A DNA stretch of 44,828 nucleotides from Candidatus Azambacteria bacterium (GTDB lineage Bacteria; Patescibacteriota; Minisyncoccia; UBA10092): contig JAUSKX010000006.1 in assembly GCA_030646675.1 (NCBI GenBank), positions 1 through 44,828 of the forward strand. Direction: 5' to 3'. The first letter of the stretch is position 1. Each line of letters begins with the position of its first letter. Below, piece after piece: positions 15,758 through 24,501 of the stretch. The notes beneath the pieces are model-generated. The model made no database searches. It saw nothing but the letters and a program-made list of their open reading frames with translations, and was not told the DNA's origin. The translations under genes and the position numbers were made by a program.

Positions 15758-17044
15758 ATGAAATATCAAGTACCAAAAGGAACAAGGGATTTTCTCCCGG
15801 AAGAGATGGGATTAAGACGAGGCGTTATCAATACGCTGGTTTCAACGTACGGTATTTATGGTTTTCAAGAATGGGACGGCCCAGCTTTTGAATATCTCGA
15901 TACTTTGGTTGGCAAAAGCGGTGAGTCCATAGCGAATGAGATTTATACTTTTAAGGACAAAGGCGGTCGAAATTTGGGATTGCGTTTTGAATTGACGACT
16001 TCGCTGGCTCGTATAATCGCTGGCAATCCCCAAATTAAAAAACCTTTGCGTTTGTTCAATATTGGGAAAGTTTGGCGGTATGAGCAACCACAGGCTGGGC
16101 GTTTCAGAGAATTTCTGCAAGCGGATACGGATATTTTCGGTTCAGCAAGCATGCTTTGTGAAGTTGAATTGCTTACTATGGCGGCGGCGGCTTTAAAAAA
16201 GCTCAAAGTTGCCGATAGCGTTATCTTGCTTAATAATCGCAAAATACTTGAAGCCCAGCTAAAAAGTGTGGGCATTGAGGACGATTTCAAAGCCGGGGCG
16301 CTTCGGTCACTTGATAAATTGGCGAAAGTTGGGATTGAGGGAGTGAGGCGTGAATTTGAATCTCAAAATATCCCAAAAGAACAGTTCGAAGAACTGATGA
16401 AGCAGATTAATATCAATGGTGACAATCAATTCAAGCTTGATCAAGTTAGTCAATTTCTGGCCAATGATAAAGTTGGGGTTGAAGGCATCGAGGAGTTGCG
16501 TCAAATTATCAGCCTTCTTGCTGAAAACGGTTTGGATACGCCTATTCAAATTGATTTCAGCCTGGTGCGCGGCCTTGACTACTACACGGGGCCGATTTAT
16601 GAAATTAGGTCTATCGATCAAAAAGAATTAGGCAGTTTTGCGGGCGGTGGCCGATATGACCAATTAATACAGACATTAGGCGGTCAAGCGACATCGGCAG
16701 CGGGGATTTCTTTTGGGATTGAAAGGTTGATTGAGATAATCAAAAAACGAGAGGGATATTCCGATATTATATCTCCTGTGGAGGTTTTTATCGGTTATCC
16801 GAATCAAAGTGCATTGCCGATTGCGCTTAATGCCGCGAAAATGTTCAGAGAAGCTGGTATCACAACCGAAATTGATTTAACCGGACGCAATTTAGGAAAA
16901 CAGCTTGCCTATGCCAGCGCGATTAACGCCAAATATAGTTTCATTGTTTTTTCTGCCGAGGAGCAAAAACTCAAAGAAATGGCGACGCAAAAAGAAGAAA
17001 CAATGAGCGTGTCGTCAGCGATTTCCAGAATTACTTCCAAGTAA
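15758..17044 (+). CDS. hisS: Histidine--tRNA ligase
   Basis: 428 aa with KGTRDFLPEE, class II motif 2 region (WRYEQPQAGRFREF) and GGGRYD. Confidence 0.93.
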   Translation: MKYQVPKGTRDFLPEEMGLRRGVINTLVSTYGIYGFQEWDGPAFEYLDTLVGKSGESIANEIYTFKDKGGRNLGLRFELTTSLARIIAGNPQIKKPLRLFNIGKVWRYEQPQAGRFREFLQADTDIFGSASMLCEVELLTMAAAALKKLKVADSVILLNNRKILEAQLKSVGIEDDFKAGALRSLDKLAKVGIEGVRREFESQNIPKEQFEELMKQININGDNQFKLDQVSQFLANDKVGVEGIEELRQIISLLAENGLDTPIQIDFSLVRGLDYYTGPIYEIRSIDQKELGSFAGGGRYDQLIQTLGGQATSAAGISFGIERLIEIIKKREGYSDIISPVEVFIGYPNQSALPIALNAAKMFREAGITTEIDLTGRNLGKQLAYASAINAKYSFIVFSAEEQKLKEMATQKEETMSVSSAISRITSK

Positions 17045-17081
17045 CGCATAGTGCTAGCAATTGCCACTAGAGTGGCTTCAC

Positions 17082-17129
17082 GGGGTTGAGAAAAGGTTAT
17101 ATACTATTCTCAACCCCGTTTTATTTTTT
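17082..17129 (+). terminator. Rho-independent terminator after hisS
   Basis: Stem ggggttgagaa / ttctcaacccc, followed by gttttatttttt. Confidence 0.75.
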
Positions 17130-17458
17130 ATGAAAAAAATTTCATTTTTATTATAGAGCTAGATCGAAATGCGATTGGTCATGTCTCTTTAGTGAAAAGA
17201 AAAAACGGTTGGTATGAAACCCAAATTATTATAGGCGAAAAGAAATATTGGAATAAAAACTACGGGACAAAAGCCATTCAACTGCTTATTAAAAAAGCAA
17301 AAAAGCTTGGAATTTTAAAAATTTATTTAGAAGTTAGGCCGAATAATCTTAGGGCAATTGCAACTTATGAAAAATGCGGATTTAAAAAATCAAGAATTAA
17401 AAAATATCCTAAGAATAAATATCTGCCAGAAACACTAAGAATGGAACTAAAAAAATAA
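17130..17458 (+). pseudogene. GNAT N-acetyltransferase remnant (N-terminally truncated and frameshifted)
   Basis: A GNAT core (IGHVSL...GEKKYWNKNYGTKAIQLLIKKAKKLG...ATYEKCGF) is open from 17192. The ATG at 17130 is one frame off and stops after 8 codons. An A7 run (17133-17139) separates the frames. The expected N-terminal beta1-alpha1-alpha2 region is missing. Confidence 0.55.
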
Positions 17459-17487
17459 AACGGCTTCACCCTTTAACGACTCGCATG

Positions 17488-18045
17488 TTATTCAATTAGT
17501 GTTTTTTCGCCTTCTTTTATTAAAATTGCCTGAGAATTGGTTAACCTCTCAATTTTAACATTATTTTTACTTTCAAATAATTTAATTTCTTCCTCAAATT
17601 CAGAGGAATAATGAGGAAAAACAATTAAATCTATGATATTAAAACCATTAAAGTCAGTAAGGCCAACTTCATTTATATCGGGATGAATTTCATTTGCTAT
17701 TTGAATTGAGGGGCCTATTATAAGACTGCCCGCGCTGACTCCGATATATATGCCATCTCTCTTTAATAATGACTCTACTTCATTATCAAAATTCATTTCT
17801 CTGGCGAATTTCATTAGTTTGAAAGTATTACCTCCGCAAACATATATAACATCATATTGGGAAAGGTCTTTTAGTCCTTCATTTTCAAAATCATAAAAAT
17901 CAAGAATATCAAAACCAGCTGATTTTAATTGAGATAAAGCTAATTGAGAATATTGATTATTTTCTTTATCGGAAGAAGCCGTAGTGATAATTACTACTTT
18001 CTTAAAACCTTTTGAATCAGCAATTTCCTTAAACTTGTCATACAC
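17488..18045 (-). CDS. Peptidase S51 (dipeptidase E-like)
   Basis: 185 aa with the pattern YVCGGNTFKLM...IYIGVSAGSLI, typical of the S51/PepE family. Confidence 0.7.
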   Translation of the reverse strand: MYDKFKEIADSKGFKKVVIITTASSDKENNQYSQLALSQLKSAGFDILDFYDFENEGLKDLSQYDVIYVCGGNTFKLMKFAREMNFDNEVESLLKRDGIYIGVSAGSLIIGPSIQIANEIHPDINEVGLTDFNGFNIIDLIVFPHYSSEFEEEIKLFESKNNVKIERLTNSQAILIKEGEKTLIE

Positions 18046-18121
18046 ATTTTTGCTGGAAAGACCTGTTGACGTGAGAAAAATAATTCCTAATTTATTAATA
18101 GATTTGATTGATAATTATTTT

Positions 18122-19180
18122 TTATTTCATTTCTTCCAGAATAACGGTGGCAGAAACCTCTCCTTCATTGCGTCTCAAGATTTTTAGTTTAATCTCGTCG
18201 CCAACTTCGTGTTTTTGGATTAAGTCGGCAAGCGGCAAATCTTTGGTTATTTTTTGTTCGTCAACTTCAAGAATAATATCGTGTTCCAAAATTCCGGCTT
18301 TGCCGGCGGGGCTGTCGGGCAGAACACCGTAATCACCCGGCGTGGCTTCCGGAGTAACCATTGCGCCGTAATCAACTGGCAAATTGTGCCTCATTTTCAA
18401 AACGGGGTCTATCGTTATATAGCGCAGCCCAAGAAAAGGGGCGCGAATGTGTCCATATTTTTTGATATCGGCCAAGGCTTTCTTGGCGGCATTGATAGGA
18501 ATGGCAAACCCAATATTTTGAGCGCCGAAAACAACAGCTGAATTGATGCCTATAGCTTCGCCATCAGCATCAACCAACGGCCCGCCGGAATTACCTGGAT
18601 TAATCGCGGCATCGGTTTGAATCACTCCGCGGAGCTCTTGTTGCTGGCCGTTAGCACCGGCTTGAGCGGTAATGTGTCGTGAAAGGCCTGAAATAATGCC
18701 CGTTGAAACCGTATTTTGAAATTGACCCAACGCGTTGCCGATAGCGACAACCGCTTGCCCCAATTCCAAGTCCGATGATTCGCCAAGTTCTATGTGTGTT
18801 AATCCCTCTGCTTCAATTTTCAAAATGGCCACATCATTGATGGGGTCGCGCGCTACCACTTTGGCGTGAAACTTTTTATTTTCACTTGTAACGACCGTGT
18901 AATCGGCTTTCGGGTCGACGACCACATGCTTATTGGTTAATACGAATCCGTCCGGTGAAACAATAAAACCCGAACCGCCGCCGACTTTAATCCGACCGTG
19001 TTCATCAAACATTTCCGGCGGAATTTGTTTGTATAATTCTTTAGGGTCAAAACCAAACGGGAGAAAAGGAAAAAAATCGGGAAAGTTTTCTAAATTAGGC
19101 AAATTTTTGGCAATGACAATCGAAACTACGGCGGGCAGGCATTTTTTAACTATTTTGACAACCGGTGATTTTTCTGACAT
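18122..19180 (-). CDS. htrA: HtrA/DegP-family serine protease with PDZ domain
   Basis: Catalytic context TNKHVV, DVAILKI and GNSGGPLVD, plus a C-terminal PDZ-like region. Confidence 0.9.
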   Translation of the reverse strand: MSEKSPVVKIVKKCLPAVVSIVIAKNLPNLENFPDFFPFLPFGFDPKELYKQIPPEMFDEHGRIKVGGGSGFIVSPDGFVLTNKHVVVDPKADYTVVTSENKKFHAKVVARDPINDVAILKIEAEGLTHIELGESSDLELGQAVVAIGNALGQFQNTVSTGIISGLSRHITAQAGANGQQQELRGVIQTDAAINPGNSGGPLVDADGEAIGINSAVVFGAQNIGFAIPINAAKKALADIKKYGHIRAPFLGLRYITIDPVLKMRHNLPVDYGAMVTPEATPGDYGVLPDSPAGKAGILEHDIILEVDEQKITKDLPLADLIQKHEVGDEIKLKILRRNEGEVSATVILEEMK

Positions 19181-19328
19181 AAATTTTTTAATTGAAAATT
19201 AATATTATATATCTTCGCTATACTCGATATAACTGGTTCGCTCGGTCAAAGAGAATAAATTCTCTTTACCTCGCTGCCAGTTATGAGATAGTATATTGTA
19301 TAACATAAGAATTGTAAATAAAAATTTA

Positions 19329-19400
19329 GTCCCTATCGTTCAACGGACAGGACGAGGGTTTCCTAAACCCTAAATCCAGGTTCGATTCCTGGTGGGGACA
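19329..19400 (+). tRNA. tRNA-Arg(CCU)
   Basis: 72 nt with acceptor GTCCCTA/TGGGGAC, anticodon loop TTCCTAA and T-loop TTCGATT. Confidence 0.85.
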
Positions 19401-19442
19401 TAAAAATTTGCGTTCTTACAATAAGTAAATTATAGTAAAAAT

Positions 19443-19787
19443 ATGAAACAGGTTAAGAAATTAAAAACAAAAGAAAAAAAAGAAACAGGAATTCGAGATG
19501 AAATCCGAAGTCTTGGCGTGATGATTGAGCATGTAGATACTCAAGTTTCGCTTGTCGCGGAGCAATATGGAGATATCAAAAAAACTTTGGACAGCCACAC
19601 TAAGATTTTGGACAGTCATACCGAAACTTTAGACAGCCACACTGAAATGATTGGTTCCATGAAAATGGACATTGAGGTAATCAAGGCAGACTTAGCTTTC
19701 ATTAAAGGAGGTCTTAAGAGAAAAATTGATGTCGAGGAATTTTCGGTTCTTGAAAGACGGGTCGCTTTGCTTGAACGACATCGTTAA
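19443..19787 (+). CDS. Coiled-coil protein with tandem LDSHTx(I/L) heptads
   Basis: 114 aa. Three consecutive 21-bp DNA repeats encode TLDSHTKILDSHTETLDSHTEM. Confidence 0.5.
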   Translation: MKQVKKLKTKEKKETGIRDEIRSLGVMIEHVDTQVSLVAEQYGDIKKTLDSHTKILDSHTETLDSHTEMIGSMKMDIEVIKADLAFIKGGLKRKIDVEEFSVLERRVALLERHR

Positions 19788-19799
19788 AATCCATAAAAA

Positions 19800-19870
19800 G
19801 GGCCTATGGTCTAATGGCATGACACGTCCATGGCATGGACGGGACGGGAGTCCGATTCTCCCTAGGTCCA
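19800..19870 (+). tRNA. tRNA-Ala(GGC)
   Basis: 71 nt with acceptor GGGCCTA/TAGGTCC (G3:U70) and anticodon loop ATGGCAT. T-loop is TCCGATT (C55). Confidence 0.88.
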
Positions 19871-19877
19871 CAGAGAT

Positions 19878-19907
19878 TTGACAAAACGATTATTTTATGC
19901 CTATACT
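19878..19907 (+). promoter_or_regulatory. Sigma-70-type promoter
   Basis: TTGACA, 18-nt spacer, TATACT. Confidence 0.5.
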
Positions 19908-19934
19908 GGTTAAGTTCTTTTTAGGAGGATAATT

Positions 19935-20195
19935 ATGAACATTATAGTTGTGGAAAAAGATTTTTGTCCGAATTGTTTTACGGGGAAAGTGGAAAGAGAC
20001 AATTTTCATCGATTTGGCCTATGTAGTAAAAAATGCGGAATATTACTGGGGATTCCATCCATTAAAGAAATAAGGGAAAAGGTCTCCATAATTTATGTAC
20101 AAATTGGGAACGAGCCTAAGGAAAAAATGACTTGGGAACATTTTCTTAGTTTGTCCAAAGTGGATAGGGATTCTTGCTTAGGTTATGCGAGATAA
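19935..20195 (+). CDS. Small zinc-ribbon-like hypothetical protein
   Basis: 86 aa with CPNC...C..KC cysteine pairs. AGGAGG upstream and a terminator downstream. Confidence 0.5.
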   Translation: MNIIVVEKDFCPNCFTGKVERDNFHRFGLCSKKCGILLGIPSIKEIREKVSIIYVQIGNEPKEKMTWEHFLSLSKVDRDSCLGYAR

Positions 20196-20208
20196 GAAAT
20201 TTCTAATA

Positions 20209-20238
20209 GGGGGCGGCTTCGCCGCCCTTTTTTATTTT
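20209..20238 (+). terminator. Rho-independent terminator
   Basis: gggggcggc ttcg gccgccc followed by ttttttatttt. Confidence 0.8.
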
Positions 20239-20241
20239 GTG

Positions 20242-20270
20242 TTGAAAAAAATATTTTATTAGGTTAATAT
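20242..20270 (+). promoter_or_regulatory. Sigma-70-type promoter for tRNA-Phe
   Basis: TTGAAA, 17-nt spacer, TAATAT. Confidence 0.45.
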
Positions 20271-20287
20271 ACAGGTTGAAAAAGTTT

Positions 20288-20359
20288 GCCGCGGTAGCTC
20301 AGTGGCAGAGCGCAGCCCTGAAGAGGCTGGCGTCGTCAGTTCGATTCTGACCCGCGGCA
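20288..20359 (+). tRNA. tRNA-Phe(GAA)
   Basis: 72 nt with acceptor GCCGCGG/CCGCGGC, anticodon loop CTGAAGA and T-loop TTCGATT. Confidence 0.92.
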
Positions 20360-20368
20360 TATATAAAA

Positions 20369-20396
20369 ATCCCCCGCTTAGGCGGGGGGATTTTTT
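20369..20396. terminator. Bidirectional terminator
   Basis: atcccccgc ttag gcgggggat, flanked by an A-run and a T-run. Lies between tRNA-Phe (+) and the 20412-21101 gene (-). Confidence 0.8.
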
Positions 20397-20411
20397 GTGC
20401 TGTATTATATT

Positions 20412-21101
20412 TTACAATCCGAAAACTTTTAAGAAATTTTTGAATAATGTCGATGGTTTCGCGGATGGAGTTGCAGCCGATTGAGAAGCTGTTTCTTCGG
20501 CTGGTTTTTCTTGAAGAATTATAATGGGTTTGACGAGAATCGAAAGCACATTACTTATCGCACCAGTGGCTTTATCGAAGACGCCTTTTATCGTAATCTG
20601 CGAACCTTTGACAAGCGGAGTTTTCACAACAACTTCACTGCCATTCGTCAAAGTCAACGTGAATCCGTCATCGGCTATTTTTTTGATGGTACCGGAAAAT
20701 GATTGATGATAATCCTTAACACTCAAGTTTCTAATCACTGCCGCTCTTATGGTTTTTGAATCGGCCGAAAGCCAGCCGGAAACATTAATTTTTTCTCCGG
20801 CCTGAAAATCGGACAACAACGCCGGCTCCTGATTTACTCCCAAAAGAGTAGTTCTTTCTTCGATTTGGATTAAGTAATTGTTATTTTCGGTTGTTTTTTC
20901 ATTCTTTTGGATGGCCTCGATAACGGTTGGCGGCTCGTCCACGGACGGGCTTTTGAAAATCTCCAAATCATTAAATTGATGAAAACCAGCCGGAGTTGTG
21001 CTCACGTTTTCAACAGCGAGAACGCCAGGAGCATAAAACAGAAAAACCCCTAAAAATAGGCCTAAAACCGCCAAAAAACAGACATTTTTATAAGCTTTCA
21101 T
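20412..21101 (-). CDS. Secreted hypothetical protein (beta-rich, DUF5666-like repeats possible)
   Basis: 229 aa with an N-terminal signal peptide (MKAYKNVCFLAVLGLFLGVFLFYAPGVLA). No catalytic motif recognised. Confidence 0.5.
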   Translation of the reverse strand: MKAYKNVCFLAVLGLFLGVFLFYAPGVLAVENVSTTPAGFHQFNDLEIFKSPSVDEPPTVIEAIQKNEKTTENNNYLIQIEERTTLLGVNQEPALLSDFQAGEKINVSGWLSADSKTIRAAVIRNLSVKDYHQSFSGTIKKIADDGFTLTLTNGSEVVVKTPLVKGSQITIKGVFDKATGAISNVLSILVKPIIILQEKPAEETASQSAATPSAKPSTLFKNFLKVFGL

Positions 21102-21228
21102 AGGTATTTTATTATGTTTAAATATTAATTCCCGTTTAATTTTCTACGGGCACTTTTAATGCTACAACAGGGCAGCCAAACGCGCAATAGTTGCCAAATG
21201 ATGAAAATTTGTTAGAATACCAGACATC

Positions 21229-21299
21229 GCGGGTGTCGTATAATGGTATTATGCGTCCTTGCCAAGGACGAAACACGGGTCCGATTCCCGTCACCCGCT
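21229..21299 (+). tRNA. tRNA-Gly(GCC)
   Basis: 71 nt with acceptor GCGGGTG/CACCCGC and anticodon loop TTGCCAA. T-loop is TCCGATT (C55). Promoter-like ttgcca...tagaat upstream. Confidence 0.88.
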
Positions 21300-21304
21300 T
21301 AGCT

Positions 21305-21342
21305 AAAATAAAATTCTCCCTCGCGGAGAATTTTATTTTTTT
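21305..21342 (+). terminator. Rho-independent terminator after tRNA-Gly
   Basis: aaaataaaattctcc ctcgc ggagaattttatttt plus a T-run. Confidence 0.75.
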
Positions 21343-21369
21343 GACAAAAAGATTTTTATCTGCTATCAT
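21341..21369 (+). promoter_or_regulatory. Sigma-70-type promoter for rny
   Basis: TTGACA, 17-nt spacer, TATCAT. Confidence 0.6.
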
Positions 21370-21424
21370 CTAACGAGTTAATTAATCGTTTAGCTAATGT
21401 CTAAATTTTTAGGAAATTACAAAT

Positions 21425-22948
21425 ATGACTTTGAACTTAATTATCGGCGCCTTTGCTTTGGCGGCAGGGGCAGCTTTGGGTTATTTAATCCGCCAATTGC
21501 TGGCAACTCGCAATGCTAATTCAGTAGAGGCGACAATAAAACGCCAGCTTGAAGAAACGAGAACGCAAGCCAAAGAGGCCTTACTTGAAGCAAAAGACAA
21601 GGCTGTAAAAATACTTGAAGACGCAAAAAGCCAAGAGCGCGAGCAGTTGGGTCTTTTGGCGCGCCAGGAAGACCGTTTGAACATTCAGTTTAAGAAAATT
21701 GAACAAAAGGAAAACGAGCTGGAAAATGGCAAAAAAGATTTGGAACGCCAAGCGGACCAGATTAAAATCATTCATCAGGAAGCTGACGCTTTGAAAAAGA
21801 AAAGCGAGGAAATCGTGGAACAAGCTTCCGGTTTGAGCCGCGAAGAAGCGAAGGCGAAATTATTCAGCCAGATTGAAGAAGAATCGCGGACAGACCTTAT
21901 AACTTCCGTTAAAAAACTTGAGAAAAACCGTATTGAAGAACTGGAAAAAAAGGCGCGCGAAATTATGACTATAGCGGTTCAGCGCTACGCGCGTTCACAC
22001 ATAAGTGAAATAACCACTTCAACGGTAAGTCTTCCGTCGGATGAATTAAAAGGACGGATTATCGGTAAAGAAGGCCGGAATATCCGCGCTCTTGAACGTT
22101 TAACCGGCGTTGAGGTAATCGTTGACGAAACTCCGGAATCGATAACTCTTTCTTCTTTTGACCCGTTGAGGCGGGAAATCGCCAAAATTGCGCTTTTGAA
22201 ATTGATGAGCGACGGCCGCATCCAGCCGGCAAAAATTGAAGAAAAAGTTGAAGAAGCCAAAAAAGAAATTACAAAAAAAGTTCTTGAAGCCGGCGAAATG
22301 GCCACATACGAGGTTGGAATTTTGGACTTGCCGAAAGAAATCACCATGCTTTTGGGCCGCCTGGCTTATCGCACCAGTTACGGACAAAACGTTTTAATTC
22401 ACTCAATTGAAATGGCGCATATCGCCAATATGATTGCCAGGGAGCTTGGCATAAATGCCGAAGTGGCCAAAAAGGCGGCCTTACTTCACGATATCGGCAA
22501 GGCGGTTGACCATGAAATTGAAGGCACGCATTTGGAACTCGGAAGAAAAATCTTACAGAAATACGGAATTAATCCGGAAGTCATTCAGGCGATGGAATCG
22601 CATCATGAAGATTATCCTTTTGCGACACCGGAATCGTTTGTCGTGGCGGCAGCCGATATTATTTCCGGCGCCCGTCCCGGCGCCCGCCGCGATTCAGTTG
22701 AAAATTACATCAAGCGCTTGACCGAACTTGAAAATATTGCCAATTCTTTTCCCGGCGTTGAAAAATCCTACGCGATTTCCGCCGGAAGGGAAATAAGAAT
22801 TTTCGTCCAGCCGGAAAAAATTGACGATTTCAAAGCCCTGCAACTCGCCAAAGAAATGGCGAAAAGAATAGAAAGCGAATTGAAATATCCGGGCGAAATC
22901 AAGGTTAATATCATCCGTGAAACGCGGGCGGTTGAATATGCGAGGTAA
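21425..22948 (+). CDS. rny: Ribonuclease Y
   Basis: 507 aa with an N-terminal TM helix, a coiled coil, a KH domain (GRIIGKEGRNIRALE) and an HD domain (LLHDIGKA...HH). Confidence 0.93.
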   Translation: MTLNLIIGAFALAAGAALGYLIRQLLATRNANSVEATIKRQLEETRTQAKEALLEAKDKAVKILEDAKSQEREQLGLLARQEDRLNIQFKKIEQKENELENGKKDLERQADQIKIIHQEADALKKKSEEIVEQASGLSREEAKAKLFSQIEEESRTDLITSVKKLEKNRIEELEKKAREIMTIAVQRYARSHISEITTSTVSLPSDELKGRIIGKEGRNIRALERLTGVEVIVDETPESITLSSFDPLRREIAKIALLKLMSDGRIQPAKIEEKVEEAKKEITKKVLEAGEMATYEVGILDLPKEITMLLGRLAYRTSYGQNVLIHSIEMAHIANMIARELGINAEVAKKAALLHDIGKAVDHEIEGTHLELGRKILQKYGINPEVIQAMESHHEDYPFATPESFVVAAADIISGARPGARRDSVENYIKRLTELENIANSFPGVEKSYAISAGREIRIFVQPEKIDDFKALQLAKEMAKRIESELKYPGEIKVNIIRETRAVEYAR

Positions 22949-22994
22949 TTAGTTTAAAATTTAAAATTGAAAATTTAAAATTAAATATCAAAAT

Positions 22995-23267
22995 ATGAAC
23001 AAAGATAAACTTGTAGATTTGGTTTCGTTCAAACTTGGCTCAACCAAGGCTGAAGCCGAAAGGGCCATAAATGCCATTCTTGGCGAAGTTTCAAACGCTT
23101 TGTCGCGAGGCGAAGAAGTATCTTTTACCGGATTTGGAACGTTTGCCGTGTCTTCAAGACAGGCTCGCGCGGGCGTTAATCCGCGGACCGGCGAGAAAAT
23201 CCAAATCGCCGCCGTGAAAGTTCCCAAGTTCCGCGCCGGCAAAAACCTCAAAGAAGCGGTGAGATAA
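22995..23267 (+). CDS. hup: HU family DNA-binding protein
   Basis: 90 aa (MNKDKLV...GFGTFAVSSRQARAGVNPRTGEKIQI...KFRAGK). Confidence 0.93.
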   Translation: MNKDKLVDLVSFKLGSTKAEAERAINAILGEVSNALSRGEEVSFTGFGTFAVSSRQARAGVNPRTGEKIQIAAVKVPKFRAGKNLKEAVR

Positions 23268-23337
23268 GCGGGTAAGGAGAGTCGGACTCCTGTCAACAGG
23301 TTGGAAACCTGTGGTAATACCGTTATACGATACCCGC
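23267..23337 (-). tRNA. tRNA-Gly(UCC)
   Basis: 71 nt with acceptor GCGGGTA/TACCCGC and anticodon loop TTTCCAA. T-loop is TCCGACT (C55). Confidence 0.88.
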
Positions 23338-23410
23338 CTTCGCTCGCCGTAGCGAGCTTCGGCGGGCAAGCCCGCTGAAATCGCGTAGGCGAGAATAGAA
23401 TTTATTCTAC

Positions 23411-23450
23411 GCAAAAAAATACACTCTCGCAAGTTTGCGAGAGTGTATTT
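23411..23450 (-). terminator. Rho-independent terminator after the sigma/membrane-protein operon
   Basis: Stem aaatacactctcgca / tgcgagagtgtattt with a T-run on the minus strand. Confidence 0.75.
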
Positions 23451-23478
23451 TGTTTATGTGTTTGTAAGCGACCTTTCT

Positions 23479-23859
23479 CTAATTGTGTAACGACTGGCTT
23501 GCTAAGTTGGTTTCGGCATTTGATAAAGACAATTGGGTAAATGATGTTATTAAGTTCTTGAAAAGCAAAATAACCATTGCTAAAACTCCCAAAACCGATA
23601 TCTGCACGATAAATTCGGTTCCGGTAAATGTGTTCCAGGCGAAGGCGGACCATATAGCAGGGTCGATTGAACTATTGGCCAAAATCTGGCTCGCGTATTG
23701 CAAAACTTTGGAAACAAAAACATTATTGCCTATTAAATAGGCAAAAACGGCGAATAATGAAAATTCGGTTATAAAATAAGGGGCCACTTTTTTTATAAAC
23801 CAAATAAAATAAACCCGTTTCATCACCCGAATGCAAAGCGTATTGTTATTTTTTATCAT
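23479..23859 (-). CDS. Membrane protein downstream of ECF sigma (possible anti-sigma factor)
   Basis: 126 aa with several hydrophobic helices. Overlaps the sigma gene stop. The function is inferred from position only. Confidence 0.4.
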   Translation of the reverse strand: MIKNNNTLCIRVMKRVYFIWFIKKVAPYFITEFSLFAVFAYLIGNNVFVSKVLQYASQILANSSIDPAIWSAFAWNTFTGTEFIVQISVLGVLAMVILLFKNLITSFTQLSLSNAETNLASQSLHN

Positions 23860-24427
23860 CTTTTTTTTCTTGGACTATATTTTTCAAAAACTTCTTGGCT
23901 CTGAAAAGTTTCATTTTAAGAGCCGCCATTGTTATACCTTCTTGTTTGGCTATTTCTTTATATGGCTTGTCTTCAATATAGTACAACGAAACCAGGCGGG
24001 CTAAAGGTTTCGGCAGGCGGGAGAGCAGTTCGGCTGTGAGCGACTTATTTTCACTTTCCAAAATAATATTTTCGGTTGAAAGCTCGCTATTTTCAGCCGT
24101 TTCCAAATCTAGCGGGTCGTTTGATTCCGCTTGCCACTTTTTGCTTATTTTCCGGTATCGGCTGATAGCGGTATTAACCAAAATTCTGTAAGCCCAGCTT
24201 TTGAATTCTATGCCGTCCATTTTTTTGAATTTTTTGCCGTTGAAATAAATTTTGACAAATGTTTCTTGGACGATATCCTCGGCTTCTTCCTGTTGCCTGA
24301 CGATGCCGAGCGCTTTTCTTATAAACGCCCCCTGATAGCGGGCAACCAAAATTCTAAACAGCGCCGGTTGTTCCAGCGACGCGGTTAATATCTCTTCGTC
24401 TTTTAAATTGTTTTCCACTTCGTTCAT
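23846..24427 (-). CDS. RNA polymerase sigma factor, ECF (sigma-70 family group 4)
   Basis: Region 2 (EDIVQETFVKIY...WAYRILVN) and region 4 HTH (YKEIAKQEGITMAALKMKLFRAKK). I chose the ATG at 24427 because the track's extension runs into tRNA-Pro. Confidence 0.8.
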   Translation of the reverse strand: MNEVENNLKDEEILTASLEQPALFRILVARYQGAFIRKALGIVRQQEEAEDIVQETFVKIYFNGKKFKKMDGIEFKSWAYRILVNTAISRYRKISKKWQAESNDPLDLETAENSELSTENIILESENKSLTAELLSRLPKPLARLVSLYYIEDKPYKEIAKQEGITMAALKMKLFRAKKFLKNIVQEKKDDKK

Positions 24428-24498
24428 TCGGGCTGCTGGGAATTGAACCCAGATTACACGCACCCGAAGCGTGCGTAATGCCGTTATACCACAGCCCG
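24428..24498 (-). tRNA. tRNA-Pro(CGG)
   Basis: 71 nt with acceptor CGGGCTG/CAGCCCG, anticodon loop TTCGGGT (G37) and T-loop TTCAATT. Confidence 0.85.
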
Positions 24499-24501
24499 CA
24501 A

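Noticed and set aside
22949-22994. AT-rich short repeats (aaaatttaaaatt here, and tgaaaatt repeats at 29728-29759) considered as regulatory repeat arrays
   Set aside because: This is low-complexity A/T tract sequence typical of promoter-proximal or UP-element-like regions in an AT-rich genome. There is no defined unit structure or partner gene to support a specific function.
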